Part shown: positions 26,248 to 42,648 of the stretch, in pieces
Position numbering within the stretch: the stretch's first letter is position 1
Layout of the letters: every line of letters starts with the position of its first letter
NCBI GenBank assembly: GCA_964035545.1
Contig: OZ037767.1
Span: 18,816,259-18,880,258 of the forward strand
DNA length: 64,000 nt
From: Bugula neritina
Taxonomy: Eukaryota > Animalia > Bryozoa
Direction: 5' to 3'
Translations under genes and position numbers: made by a program
Notes under the pieces: generated by a model
What the model saw: only the letters and a program-made list of their open reading frames with translations
Database searches by the model: none
Told to the model about the DNA's origin: nothing

Positions 26248-26413
26248 CACACACACACAACATAAATTTACCACAATAATATAATATTATTAATATATGT
26301 TTATATTGAATAATTAATATTATATTCAATAAATTTAATATAATTTATGTTCTAATTTATAAATATAAGGTTGAGTTAAAACTAAAAGTTAACATGACTG
26401 TAAGGCTGTAGGT

Positions 26414-27199
26414 TAGGGATGGGCAAATATTTTTGAAATGGGGCCAGATCTCAAGATTTAAGGTGTAAGAAGGGCCAGGTTTATTTGTTGTAAATTTAAA
26501 GTACAATGCTGCATTACCAAATGCAAATATAAATTGCTTTTTTTCGTTTTCAAGGTTGAAAGTACAAATTTTGCAGAATGTAGATGCAGAATACAAACGA
26601 TGACAGTTTAATTATTTAACAACACGGTGTATATAGATTACTAAGCAAGAAAGCAGCGAAAAATTTCTTGAGTACACTCATAGTAGACCTACTATAATTG
26701 GTGAGAAGTATGAAAAAAACCTTTAGTAGCCATAATAGCACTAATGTTACTGCAAGTAATGGGTTCATATGTGGCTACTCGAAGCAAGTCTTGCAGATGC
26801 TCATTGGTGAGCTACCTGTGTTCTATTACTATTTTTATATTGTTCACATAAACATGCATTCACATTTATAAACATAACCAGATATGCTCAGTACTCTTAG
26901 TCTCAGTTTAGCTAGTGTTGGGTATTTCTAACTGTTGTTGCAGCAACATCACACAACTCAAGTTTAATGCTGCTATACTTATACTCACTGAAGCGTGATC
27001 ATTAGTTTCAGCAATTATACATTGGCCAGAATCTTCTCATGAGTCAGGTTCATGATTGGCCAGTGTTGCTTAGTACACACATTTTGTGAATGATTAAGAA
27101 ACCAATGAAATTATAAGAATTGCTAGTGATTGGCTGAGGGCCTGATTAAAACAGTAGGAGGGCCTGATTTGGCCGCTGGCCACCATTTGCCCATTCCAA
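26414..27199. mobile_element. hAT-type (Charlie/Buster-like) MITE
   Basis: TIRs TAGGGATGGGCAAAT / ATTTGCCCATTCCAA (13/15). 8-bp TSD CTGTAGGT (26406-26413) / CTGTAGGC (27200-27207) with central TA. Subterminal GGGCC..ATTTGGCC motifs; no transposase ORF. Confidence 0.8.
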
Positions 27200-27822
27200 C
27201 TGTAGGCTAAAGCATGAAATAAATTGACTAATATTTATAAGGAATCATGAATGTCAAACTCAATCACTCTGAGTCTTACTCAAAGTCAATCCAATGTATA
27301 TAATTGTTATTATTACTATTTAATAAATTGATACCATAATTCATAATTCTATTGATATAATAGTTCTGTTTATCCATGTCAATCATGATGATAAGCTAAA
27401 ATTTAATTTTAATGTTGAAATAGATAACAGGGTAATACCGCCTACCGATAATATTAACTTCTTGTTTTATGCAGATTCTAAAATGTTACAAAAAAAATAA
27501 CGGCTGCAGTCACTATTAGCTCATAATCCTAAGTAATAATTGAATAACTGATACTGGTTGTCAATATTACTAAAGTGGAGTTTGTTAAGTTTATAATTGA
27601 AGTTGTTGTGAGATTTTCATGATATCTTGAAAGCAGTATTTTATCATTATGGTCTTCAGCATCATGAAGAAAACTGAAGCTCGGATAAATTGCAAAATAG
27701 CAGCTTAAAAGTTTTTTAATATATCTAAACTTTCATTTTTTATTATTTAACTAGTTGATCATATAACATACAGAAGAGTATGTTATCATTTCTTGGTATC
27801 TCTTGGATAAAAGAATAGCGAT

Positions 27823-30800
27823 ATGTATGCTGATGATCCAGAGGTGAGCAAATATAACTGATTTATATTTATGTTTGGGTCCCAGATTTGACTGTTACTC
27901 TATTTACTATAACAGGTAATCAAAGTAACAGTTTCTTCAGTGTATTTACCAAAGTTATTTGCTAGAACACAATTTTCTTCTAGGTGTTATTAGCTTACTT
28001 GAGTATTTGACATATGTCATCTTTATTGTTTTTTAATATTGTTTGTTTACTAAAACCTTTCTCAAATCACGCAGTGCTAAATATAAAATAGATAACTATG
28101 CTGTTTGTAAACTATAATTGTATAGGAAGTTGTCAACCGTTAGAATACTGTTGAACACCGTGTCAGAGTCCCGGAAGATATTTATTTAGACTAATGAAGC
28201 ATCTGTTAAGATACTGTGATAAGCGTCCCGCTGGTTCTCGCAGTTTGAGCTAGACTTGACATTTGTTACTTGTAATTTGCATTGTTGCAATAGTGAGTGA
28301 AACGCAGCTCCCAAACTGTTTGCTGCTGCCTTGTTTGTGTTGCCATAGTAACCACCTCTGTAATGTCTAGTCTCCCACCTGGTCGTCAGCACACAGTGAT
28401 GATGTTGGCCCCTGGTTTGCTTTCCGTGGCATGCTAACGCCACCTAAAAGTACCAGACGTCGTAGGATACCAATCAGCGAATACATCAGCAACCCACCCC
28501 CTCAAATAAGACGCTCTTCTGACCGCTCTAAGTCTAAAGTAAGTAAAAAGTTCAAAAGTTGTACAGCGGAGTAATTTTTTAATCTATCCTTTCTTGGGCC
28601 AGCAGTTATTATTAGGCAATATTTATCAACATTTTTTATTACTTTGAGTATCCCGTTAGGAAAGGAAAGCTAAATCAGCTAAAAAATTTGTTGAGATAAT
28701 TTACCAAATCTATTTTTTTATACTTGTGTTTCAATAATGTTAAATATTGCTGGTGGTATCATATGCTAAGTGTGGTGGCATGTAAGGGGGGGAGCTTTGT
28801 CACTGAACAGAAACCTTTGCCCTGAGCAAAGGTTTCTGTTGCTAGTATAGCACCTAGCTAACCATGCTGGTGCTGAATGTCTATGAATAAAAGTAAGTAA
28901 TGGTGAGTGCAATGAGCTCTCTGTTTGTTTCAGTCAAACCCTGTTGCAAAAAAATCCCAGTCTCTGAAGACATCAAAGTCCCAATCAGCTGGTGCTGGTG
29001 GTAAAGCGGCAGGTAAGATTAGAGCTGGTATTCAGCATAACCATCACCAAATAAGCTTTTAATTAGTTCTGTTTCATTTGTTTTTCAGAAATTTCAATGG
29101 AAGTTGTTTTCCATGTTTATTTTTCAATTGCTGCTTCTGCTGTTAGAAAGATGATATGCTCTAGCCGCATGTTTTGTCATACTTAAAATTAAAATCAATT
29201 TTTAAATTATAATTTTGAAAGAGTAGATATGATAATACGTTTTCTTGGATTAGCAAATCAATAACTCATATAAAACAAGTTTAATAACTTTTATATTCAG
29301 ATAAAACTGTCTGTGTTATTTTATTGAAATAAATATGTGTGACATCAGATATATTTAGTGTTCCTGTAATTTCTAGTCACTCATAGACCGGCATGGAGAC
29401 CCACATCTGCTAATAGTTATGTGAGTGAATGGCTATCAAATGTTGATAAACCAGCAGCTGCAAATCTACCTAAAGCATCGTCTGTGAGGAGTAAAAGAGC
29501 ACCTGCAGGAAGTGTCACTGAATCTAAGACACCTTCTGCAAGGAGCAAAGGGGAACTTGAAGGAAGTGTCACCAAGTCCAAGCCACCTTCTACTAGGAGT
29601 CAGAGAGTGCCTGCTGCAAGTGTCACTAGGTATAATACTTCTTCTGCTGAAATTAAAGCACCTGCTAGACCAGTCTCTTCTCACAGTACGCCTATACCTT
29701 CCCTAAAGTTGAAACCTGTGCCCAAAATCAGCAAGGTAACTGAAAAACGATTAGCCACTAAAAAAGCAGTTAACTCTAAACCTGGTGTTTTGTCTAGTAA
29801 AGCTTCACTTACTTCAAAATCTGAAAATCGTCCAATTAGTGCCTGTGGTTCTTCTAAGAGTAAAGCATCATCTGCCAGCTCTGAGAGTATACAGCCTAAT
29901 TCCTGTGAGCCTGATGAGTTACCGTTACCTGTGAGATCAGGTGGTATGCGATTCAGAACCACTGCTACATCTGACAGTGGCCGAGTACCTGCCAAGCTTG
30001 CCAGTAAGTCTAAGCCTGCCACAACGTCTACAGCCACCTCAAGGGCACCTGCTGCATCTCCAAAAAAAGCACCTACTAGGCCTAAACCTGCCTTGGCATT
30101 TGCAACTAATTCTAGAGCACCTGTTTCAATAAAAAGTCAAGCACCTGTCAAGTCAGTCAGTAAGTCTAAACCTGCCCCAGTATCTTCAACTGCCTCCAGG
30201 GCACCTGCTGTATCCAAAGCAAAAGCACCTGCAAAAGTTGAGGGTCAACATCAACCCACATGCTTTTCTTCTACTGTAAGTGAATCACAAAGATTTACTG
30301 GTCAGCTTTTTGTTGTTTACTAAACACTAAACAATTTTACTTTTAAGCAAACTTTAGCTATAAGGACTAATTTTTGTTAATTTTCTCATAACTCAAAATG
30401 TTGAGTAATCTCTTAAAGCTCTGTAGGCTGCAGACTATCGGTCAGGTGGCAGCAGTGATGATTTGGGACACAAGAGAGCTTCCGGAAAACTCTGGACACT
30501 TCCCCAACCTCAGCAGCAGTCTTACTTACAGTACGCCAGCAGTCAAACCCAACCTCCTGCGAACTCTTTCAAGTCTACTGAAGCTGAGGTGAGATCTCTG
30601 TTAGACGTTGAAATATTTCTGGATATATATTTTCCCTATATAGTTCTGATTATCCAAACCATCGCCTTTCTCTACTGTGTTTAGTATGACAGTCTTAGTC
30701 TAAAATCATTGTGATATTTATTAAGTTCACAGTCTATTCTGTCGCTATTTGTAGGCTAAAGATTCTGTTAAAGATGAAACCCATTGCATGTCCACTCTAC

Positions 30801-33120
30801 GACACAACGAAAAGGTGGGAACTACGAATTCCTCTTTCTCTGTAACTAATGCTATATGTTGCATGAAAATGAGAGATATGGTCACACTGGCTAGACGGTA
30901 TATATCTGTCAGGTACTCAATCGGCAGCATACAGACTGCTGCCGGGCAACGTATACGTTATATAGCATAACCATAAGGTATCTCGTGAGACCAGGTTCAG
31001 CTTTCAGCTGTGGCAGAAAGTGCATTCAGTCATCATGGCTCTCATCAAAATTGTTGGACCATTTTAATTGCTTGGCTGGTAACATGATTATTGATCTAAT
31101 GAATTGATTATTGGTTATCAAACCACATCAGCTTCTCTCCAGATGACTATTCTGTTACAGTTGTTACAGTACATTCTGTTTTTTTTTAGTCTAAAGATCA
31201 GAATCTTTGCTTGCAGAGTTTAGCTCTCCCAACTGAGCAGGCAAAGTTGAGGTAAATTATTTGTGGATTAGTTTCTCAGGCTATCCTCTAACTAACTGAT
31301 ACTAGTGACTGGGTAGGCTCACTGAACTTCACTGGCCCACTTACTACTCCTCTAGTTTTTAGACTTCCCTGGCCTTTCAACTCCCTACTATTGCACTTCA
31401 CCAAAGTCCTAAATAGCTTGTTGGTTATATTATATTTATAAGTTGTTGTTGTAAGCCCAGTAGTATACCTATTTCACAGACACAACTTGTTATATCAAAC
31501 ACATCTTCAGGACTAAAAATATATAAATGGGGTTTATAGAAATTCGGTTAGTATGAGTACAGTATTCATCACACTGGTAGGTATGTTAGAAAGATGATAG
31601 CATAGTTATAATATCCTGTAAAGCTAACATAACTGTATAATGCAAAATCACATGCATTGCAAATAAATTATTTTAGTTCTTTTGATGTTCAGGTAAATTT
31701 TTTGATACTTTACAATATATTTTATATTTAAATACATAGCATGCGGTTGAAGACACTTTTATACCATGTTACTGCATCGTGCTAAGAATCAAGTTTTTAA
31801 TTATTTATCTGCAGGAATGTCTCCACTGAATACTTGACTCACTTTCAACTCTTTACTCTGTGCTCCAATCTCGCCTCGATGTCTCTGGTAAGTTCCCCCT
31901 GGCGAGTTAAGCTTTTTTTATGCGTAGAGTTCATGTTTATATTACTTATGCAGTATATCGATTGCTACTCGTTATAGTTTGCTTTCTGCTATCAGGCTGA
32001 ATACTGTTTTATAGTTTATATTAAAATGTGTTATCGTTTGTTTAAAGTGTACACGCGCCTTTGCAATAGCATTCGATACTCTTACATTTTATACACTCTT
32101 ACCAACACGTGTTGACCTGTTTAGTTGGTGTTTTTTAAACTTACGTTGTTTCTTATAGGCTAGTAAATCTGCTGAATGTGTCAGTAAAGCTGATTGGACA
32201 GCTGAAGTACAGGATACGAGAGAGAAAGCTGCGGTATACAAGTAAGTCGGCCATTTTGTTTGCTCAGACATCTTATAGGAAGTTGTATATGAGCTCTCAG
32301 AATACAACTCGGTTTAAGTAGCCATTGGAGATTGTGGCAGAAAGGGTTGTTGGTGCAATTCGCCCAACGTAAACCCCTCTTGAAAGGTGCTGCTATCCAC
32401 CACTTGATTCTCAACTGCAGAAAATGTGTGAGACCATCTAACAGTTTCAGTTTGATGTATTGAAGAGTGCATTTGCAAGTCTGTTTATACACATATCTGT
32501 ATATTGTGCGATTATTATATGATAGCACATGGTGTATAGTGATGTATTGTACGAGTATTATATGATAGTACATTAGGTATAGTGGTATATGGTGCGAGTA
32601 TTATATGATAGCACATGGTGTATAGTGATGTATTGTATGAGTATTATATGATAGTACATGGTGTATAGTGGTGTATTGTATGAGTATTATATGATAGCAT
32701 ACATTAAAACATGATGTACAGTATATAGTATATGTATATGTCATGCAGGGACAGGTGTAACAGGTCTCACTTTAGTCGTGGCACTGCAATGTGCTGGTCA
32801 TCAGAAGAATGGTTGGCTAGTGTGGTGAGACATAAAGGAGGTGAGTTTGTCTACAGAATGATTTATTTCCTAGTAGTCGGACGTGACCTCATAACTGCAC
32901 CTGCAAGTTAATCCTTGTAATGTAAGATCGGGAGTCGTTTACTCCACACTGTGCGGCTATCTCTGCCCTTTCCAGTTTTATATCTGAGATTTACTCTGCC
33001 TTGTGATAGGTCACTTGTGTGATGTCACTGCACGACTGTGTGTTTTGTCACGTTACAGAATGATATCTTGGTTGTGTAGGTAAACTGGAGAGGGCGAGCT
33101 CGAGTCCCTTATCTGAGTAG
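27823..33120 (+). CDS. Uncharacterised basic S/K/P/A/T-rich multi-exon protein with internal repeats
   Basis: In-phase exons at approximately 28370-28538, 28934-29012, 29377-30275 (contains ORF 29421-30323), 30427-30588, 30755-30813, 31217-31251, 31815-31887, 32159-32241, 32749-32840, 33080-33120 (ends GKLERASSSPLSE*). The first exon (MYADDPE, 27823-27843) and the status of a possible exon near 30913 are uncertain. No family recognised. Confidence 0.6.
28806..28840. other. Perfect 15-bp-stem hairpin, intronic
   Basis: AACAGAAACCTTTGC-CCTGA-GCAAAGGTTTCTGTT. Confidence 0.9.
32500..32702. repeat. 43-bp minisatellite x~4.5 just upstream of an acceptor
   Basis: ATTATATGATAG begins at 32514, 32557, 32600, 32643 and 32686. 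Confidence 0.95.
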
Positions 33121-34620
33121 ATCATGACCAAGAGCATAAGTAAGTAGCATAAGTCACATGACTGCGGAATTACCCAACTACCTTACAAATATACAAATAG
33201 TCTTGAGTATTTATCAGCACTCCACACTTAACAGTCATTTATTATGCAAAATTATGGATATTTAAAAAATATTTTTTCGAAATTAGAAGCATTAAAGTTA
33301 TTTTTTGAAATAAAACTGGTGTCAATAGGTCAAAGTTTAAACTAGATATTGGCTTCTTGAGAATTCTCAGTTTTCCACCGTGTTTATGTTCTGTCTTTGT
33401 TTTATTTTGTTACTGTTTTTACGGCCACTCTAGTCTTCCGTAAGCTCTTTGTAGTAAGAGGAAAACTCCAATGTTTATTTTACTTGAAAATTATTTTATT
33501 TTGTAATTTTGGGAACTATTAAATTTATTCTTTCATCATATCTATGTTTCGTACCGTTGTAAATTTTATTATGTTAAATGCTTTCCTATATTTTATACTA
33601 TATTATATTTCATTACTTTTCTATTCTATTCTACATTTTTCAACAATAATACTCAGTATGAACTATTCCTTGCAAGATATCAAGATATAGCTTGTTTTCC
33701 TAAGATTTTTTGCCAACCCACGATATGTCATGGCCCACGTGTGACAGTATGTCAATAATTCAGAAGATCTATTCACACAGTCTCCTCAGCTTTGCAACAT
33801 GTTACATACTATAGTGAAAAAATGTGTAGTTCATTTTTTCTGGTTGTAATTATGGGCATTAACAGCATTCCCATAGCATTGAATGGATCTGTATGGATGC
33901 TGTAGAATGAATTTGAGGTTTTGGTTTGCATTAACTTATCTTGGCGGTTTCATTTGATGCAGCTGTTCCCAAACATTGACTGAAAAATCCATAATTTGCA
34001 TAATGCAAAGCAAAGGGAACTCAGTGATTATTTGTGTTTGTCCCTCAATTTACATGTCTTTTGGAATTTTGAAACATCAAATAAAAACATTGAAGCAAAG
34101 CACGAAGACTCGGAATTAAATAGACAATTGTGATTAAGTTTCAATTGACCGGTTTTATAACACTTTCTTATTAAATTTATTCATTCTAAAAATTGATGCC
34201 TCCTGACACATGCTTTTCGTAATATAAAAATATAAGTAAGTAGATTATGTAAGTCAAATGTAAATCTTGTTATTCGCGTGTTTCCACTTATTAGGATACA
34301 ATCCTGTGTGCACGAAACTAATTCATATAATACTAGTGTTGGAAAGTAGTGGATGGCAAAAAGGCTCTAATTTTTGGTGATATTTTGTGTAACACATATT
34401 ATGCTCTGGTCTCCTTATAATCAATGGTGTTTGTTTGTCTAATATCATCTAATAGTAAAACGTGGTAAGATGGCTTTGTCTCAATAACAATGCAGCTGTG
34501 TATAGTAGACAATAGGATTTTCCATTAAATCAATATATTACATGAATATCTCCACCTGTCACAGCTAGAATGTAGCATAAAGACGTCACATTCAAATTAC
34601 TGTTGTTCTACATATTACCT

Positions 34621-38750
<4,130 letters not shown>

Positions 38751-39159
38751 GGCTTTTCATCAGTCTTTCTTTTAGATTTGTATCAACTACTTTATATATG
38801 CTGTGTGTTTGTTTGACTATATGTTCACAATGTCTGTCTGTTCACCTTACCACTTGACTAACAAATTGAGATATTTGTTTATTAACTAACTTTGTTTATT
38901 ATATTTGCTTTAATTCAGCCATGTAATAGAAATAATAAATGCTATATATATTTTCAAAAGACTCTGCATCATCCAAGAAGTGTTCAGTACACCAGACTCT
39001 GAGCTGAATCAATACATTCATTGGTTAATCCTGGCAGTTTATTTTTTGTTTCAATAGTTAATTTTTTAAATGCATATTTTTGAGCTAAAATTTGGTGTTA
39101 AAAGTATCTGGCACCAATAGTGGTGAGAAGTTATTGAAGCTGTGTTTGTATACTAAATA

Positions 39160-39487
39160 CAGTGCTCCTTCCGTATCTCACTAAGCTGCGGGTCCTGAAA
39201 CCTCAATTGCTGACATAGTAGAATAACAGAGTTAAGTTGGGAATCCGTTATATTCGGCCATTTTTCTCTATATACACATACATATGCCACAAAAGGAAGG
39301 TCCAAGCCCTTCCAATGACCTGTGGAATTTTGAGAGAAATGGAACTGTCTTCCTGTTTTACACTCTTCTATATACACTTTATAATCGGAGTTTTCCTCTC
39401 CAATGTGTTACAAGATACTAAGAATTACAATTATGTCATTACCTAGTATCATGGAGTGAGATATTTGTAATATATAGTAGAGCACTG
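39160..39487. mobile_element. Degenerate Tc1/pogo(Tigger)-type MITE remnant
   Basis: TA-CAGTGCTC at the left end and GAGCACTG-T at the right end (8-bp terminal inversion); interior non-coding. Confidence 0.45.
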
Positions 39488-41455
39488 TTCAATTTCTGTA
39501 GTTGAAATTTAATTAATTTTCTGCTACAATTAAAACCTATATGTGATCAGTTAGGCCTGTTTAATAGCGTGTAGTTGTGTTGATATGCTTTCACTAATTT
39601 GCTGATTATTCAGGCCTTTTATTAGCTCCCTTAATGTCAGCTCTATTCATTTGTTGCACAAATAATGTAGTATAAGTTTTGTTTGGTAATTAGTTTCGTG
39701 CTGCTGCCGCACATCAGCAGAAGCACTGTTGCCTGCTGACCACTGCTTCGCTGCCGGGCAAAGCATGTCAACATTATGTGATACTCTACATATAGAACCT
39801 TCTTATTATAACCAGTCTTGTAAGTACAGCAAGCTATATTGTTAAGCTACAGTTATAACTTATCTGTATTTTTATTTTTATTGCTATAAATTTCAATACT
39901 ATTTTCTATCTATCCCTATGGACATGATTGGACATCAACAATTCATTTTTTATGAAAATATCACGTTTAACCAACAGAATTATGTTGTTGAATGTGATTT
40001 TAATTTGTCCATCCTTGTTAAACTGACTACTTTAGTAAACACTACATGGTATGTGTTAGTACAGTATAGCATTGCATAATCTAGTATTACAGCATGATTA
40101 TATAAATGTGTCATGTATGACATGATTGCATTATTTAAAGCAAATACTTCATTATATTTTTTTAGTTTATGGCCTCACCACTATAAGTAATATCATTTTA
40201 TTGAAATGTTATGTTATGCCAATTGTACAATTTGATAAGTTTTAATTGGAAAATTTTTCTTTCATCATTTTGATTATCGCACAGTGAAAGGAAACAGTCA
40301 GGTTTTATTTATGAGCCGAATTTAATTACTTTCAGTTAAATGTTATGACTTGGTTTAGAGAATTGGCAAACTTTGTGGTAAAAAAATTGTTTTCCAGTGC
40401 CTCACAAATCTCACTCATCAGTGTGAGTTGTGAACAGTTAGATTGAGGGGAGAGGTTTTCTCAAAGTCTTCAGTGATGGTAGTCGTATACTATAGATAAA
40501 ACTAGAAAAAGGAAGGCTAAAAAGTTGAATTATTTGTATTACTTATTATACAACAGTTGGTAAATTGTAAATAAATCAAACAGAGGTCTAAAGCTGGGAT
40601 GAAATTGATGGGTGGATGCAAATTACTGCATGTGTTTTGATGTTTGCCATTCATAACTTCTTCTGATCTTGTAGACATTAAACCACTCACTCATATAACT
40701 ACAAACTTGATAATAACTGCGCATCATAATCCTTTTGTTGGAGTGTTTGAATTGTCTACTTTTACAATATATGAAACACAGCTTAGCCCTTGTTTACACA
40801 ATGCTGTTATAACAGAGGTTAGGGTCATTCTTTCAGTATGTAGGATGTTGCCTATATTATAATATATATGCAGCTCCTATTCCAGTATTTAATTTTTATT
40901 TCCTTTAAATATTAAAAAAGGTTATGAATTTTGTAAAGTTATAAAACCTTGCATTTGATAAATCAATATTGCAAGTTTTGGAAAAAAAAACAGTTTTTTA
41001 TTGCCAAATATGATCTTTTATTCATGTTACAGACCTGCCAAGTGTTCAGTTAAATAGTGGACAGATCTGGTACTCATGTTCTATCAAGCAGCTTTAGTCT
41101 GTAAGAATTTTATAATCCTGGTTAGAATCTTGACAGCTATTAGACTGATTCACACCCTTTTTTAGACTCACCCATGCCCTTCCAACACAGAGTAAACAGA
41201 CGCTGGTAGACCTCGTGACATATTGGTTATGGATGAGTCATTTTAACTTCTGAATCTAAAGATACAAATCTTTAACTTTTTGTCAAAAAAGGTAAGTTCA
41301 ATTTGAATTAAGTCAATAATAGTTTTTGGATAGGAGTTTGTTATTTTTTCAATTCATAGATTCTGAATATTTGATTTTGAAGAGGCTTGCCAGATTAATG
41401 TATAGGTAGTCATTTTTAAGAAGAGCTCAACATTGAGAGATATCTGTTTGATAAC

Positions 41456-41700
41456 AAAATGGCCCGGTAAAAATGGCCCTGTAAACATCGTACAGGTTAT
41501 ATAATGGCACAGGTAATAAGGGCACAAATGGAAAAGTAGGAAAAAGTGGCACACTAATGTTAAATTTTCCCAAACCTGAAACCCTTATACCTCAAACTCA
41601 AACCTCTATTCCCAAACCCCCATCCTAAACACCCAACCCCAGCCCAAACCCTAATATTTAAAATGTGCCATTTTTACCTTTGCCAAATGCCTTTGCCACT
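41456..41700. mobile_element. Degenerate foldback-type element: 15-bp GGTAAAAATGGCAC-like units, C-rich CCCTAA/CCCAAA-like core, inverted unit on the right
   Basis: About 6 direct units at 41456-41552, core 41568-41655, TGTGCCATTTTTACC at ~41664-41678. Confidence 0.55.
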
Positions 41701-42648
41701 GTCTGCTTGTCAATAATTCTGGTTGCTTTACATACAATAAACTAAGATTTTTTGTTTTAAATAGAAGTGCTATCTACCTGTTTTGTATGCAGGCAGCGAC
41801 ACATGGTCTAGGCATAGGCTGCTTTCTATAACTGCACTTAACTTACAGCAGGTTCACTAACTATATTACATCTAGTATTTCTACAGGCACACCTTACATG
41901 ATTTTCTCCTGTCTAAAGTCTTGTCCAAAAGTATCTGCTGAGCCTTACATGACATGTTCCCAACTACCCTCCACCCATTACCTCTACGCCTTATAGATTT
42001 CTCATGAACTGTAGAGGAAAATAAAAATAGACATCAACTATTCATATTTCATTACCTAAGTAATTGTTGCTGAATGAAAGTATATAGTGCTGTTAATACC
42101 AAATGTTTCCAGTAAATTGGCTAACGATGCTGCAATATTTTTATAGTGTAAATATCACCTCAGTGGGCTACTCATTGTGTATACACACATGTTGTACTGC
42201 GAGTAAGGAATTACTCTACACAGCTATACATCTCCTGCGCTATAATACTGATACTGCATACTTGGTATTTTGCCTCATTAACCTGCATGAAGTGAATTCA
42301 GTCTATTATTCATTATGAAATAAAACTCATCCCTCTCTCTACACTGTAGCTGATAAGTTCTTTTTTTAATACTCAAACATAAACTAAAGAGATATAAATC
42401 TGTAAGAGTTAAAGTCATGCTAAACCTGCCGTAGTACATGTATTCACTAGAAAGTTCTCAGTCTTTCTAAGAATTCTTCATTTAGTTTGACTAGTACTAT
42501 CAGTCTTTTTCACTCTGTTAACAAAATTATGCTTACGATTTAAAGTATATATTCTCCATCAATCAGTGTAGCCTAGCCTTAGTAACTTAGGTGTTGTAAC
42601 ATGATCAGGTTATGGGACTTCTGTAGATAGCCCGCTGTCTCAGTTAAC

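Noticed and set aside
25925-26329. 134-aa and overlapping ORFs across the GC-rich palindrome
   Set aside because: Open only because the GC-rich 8-bp lattice lacks stops; no protein-like features.
29466-30037. Antisense ORFs over large exons (also 49159-49678, 58471-58749, 14547-14872)
   Set aside because: Shadow frames of real coding exons.
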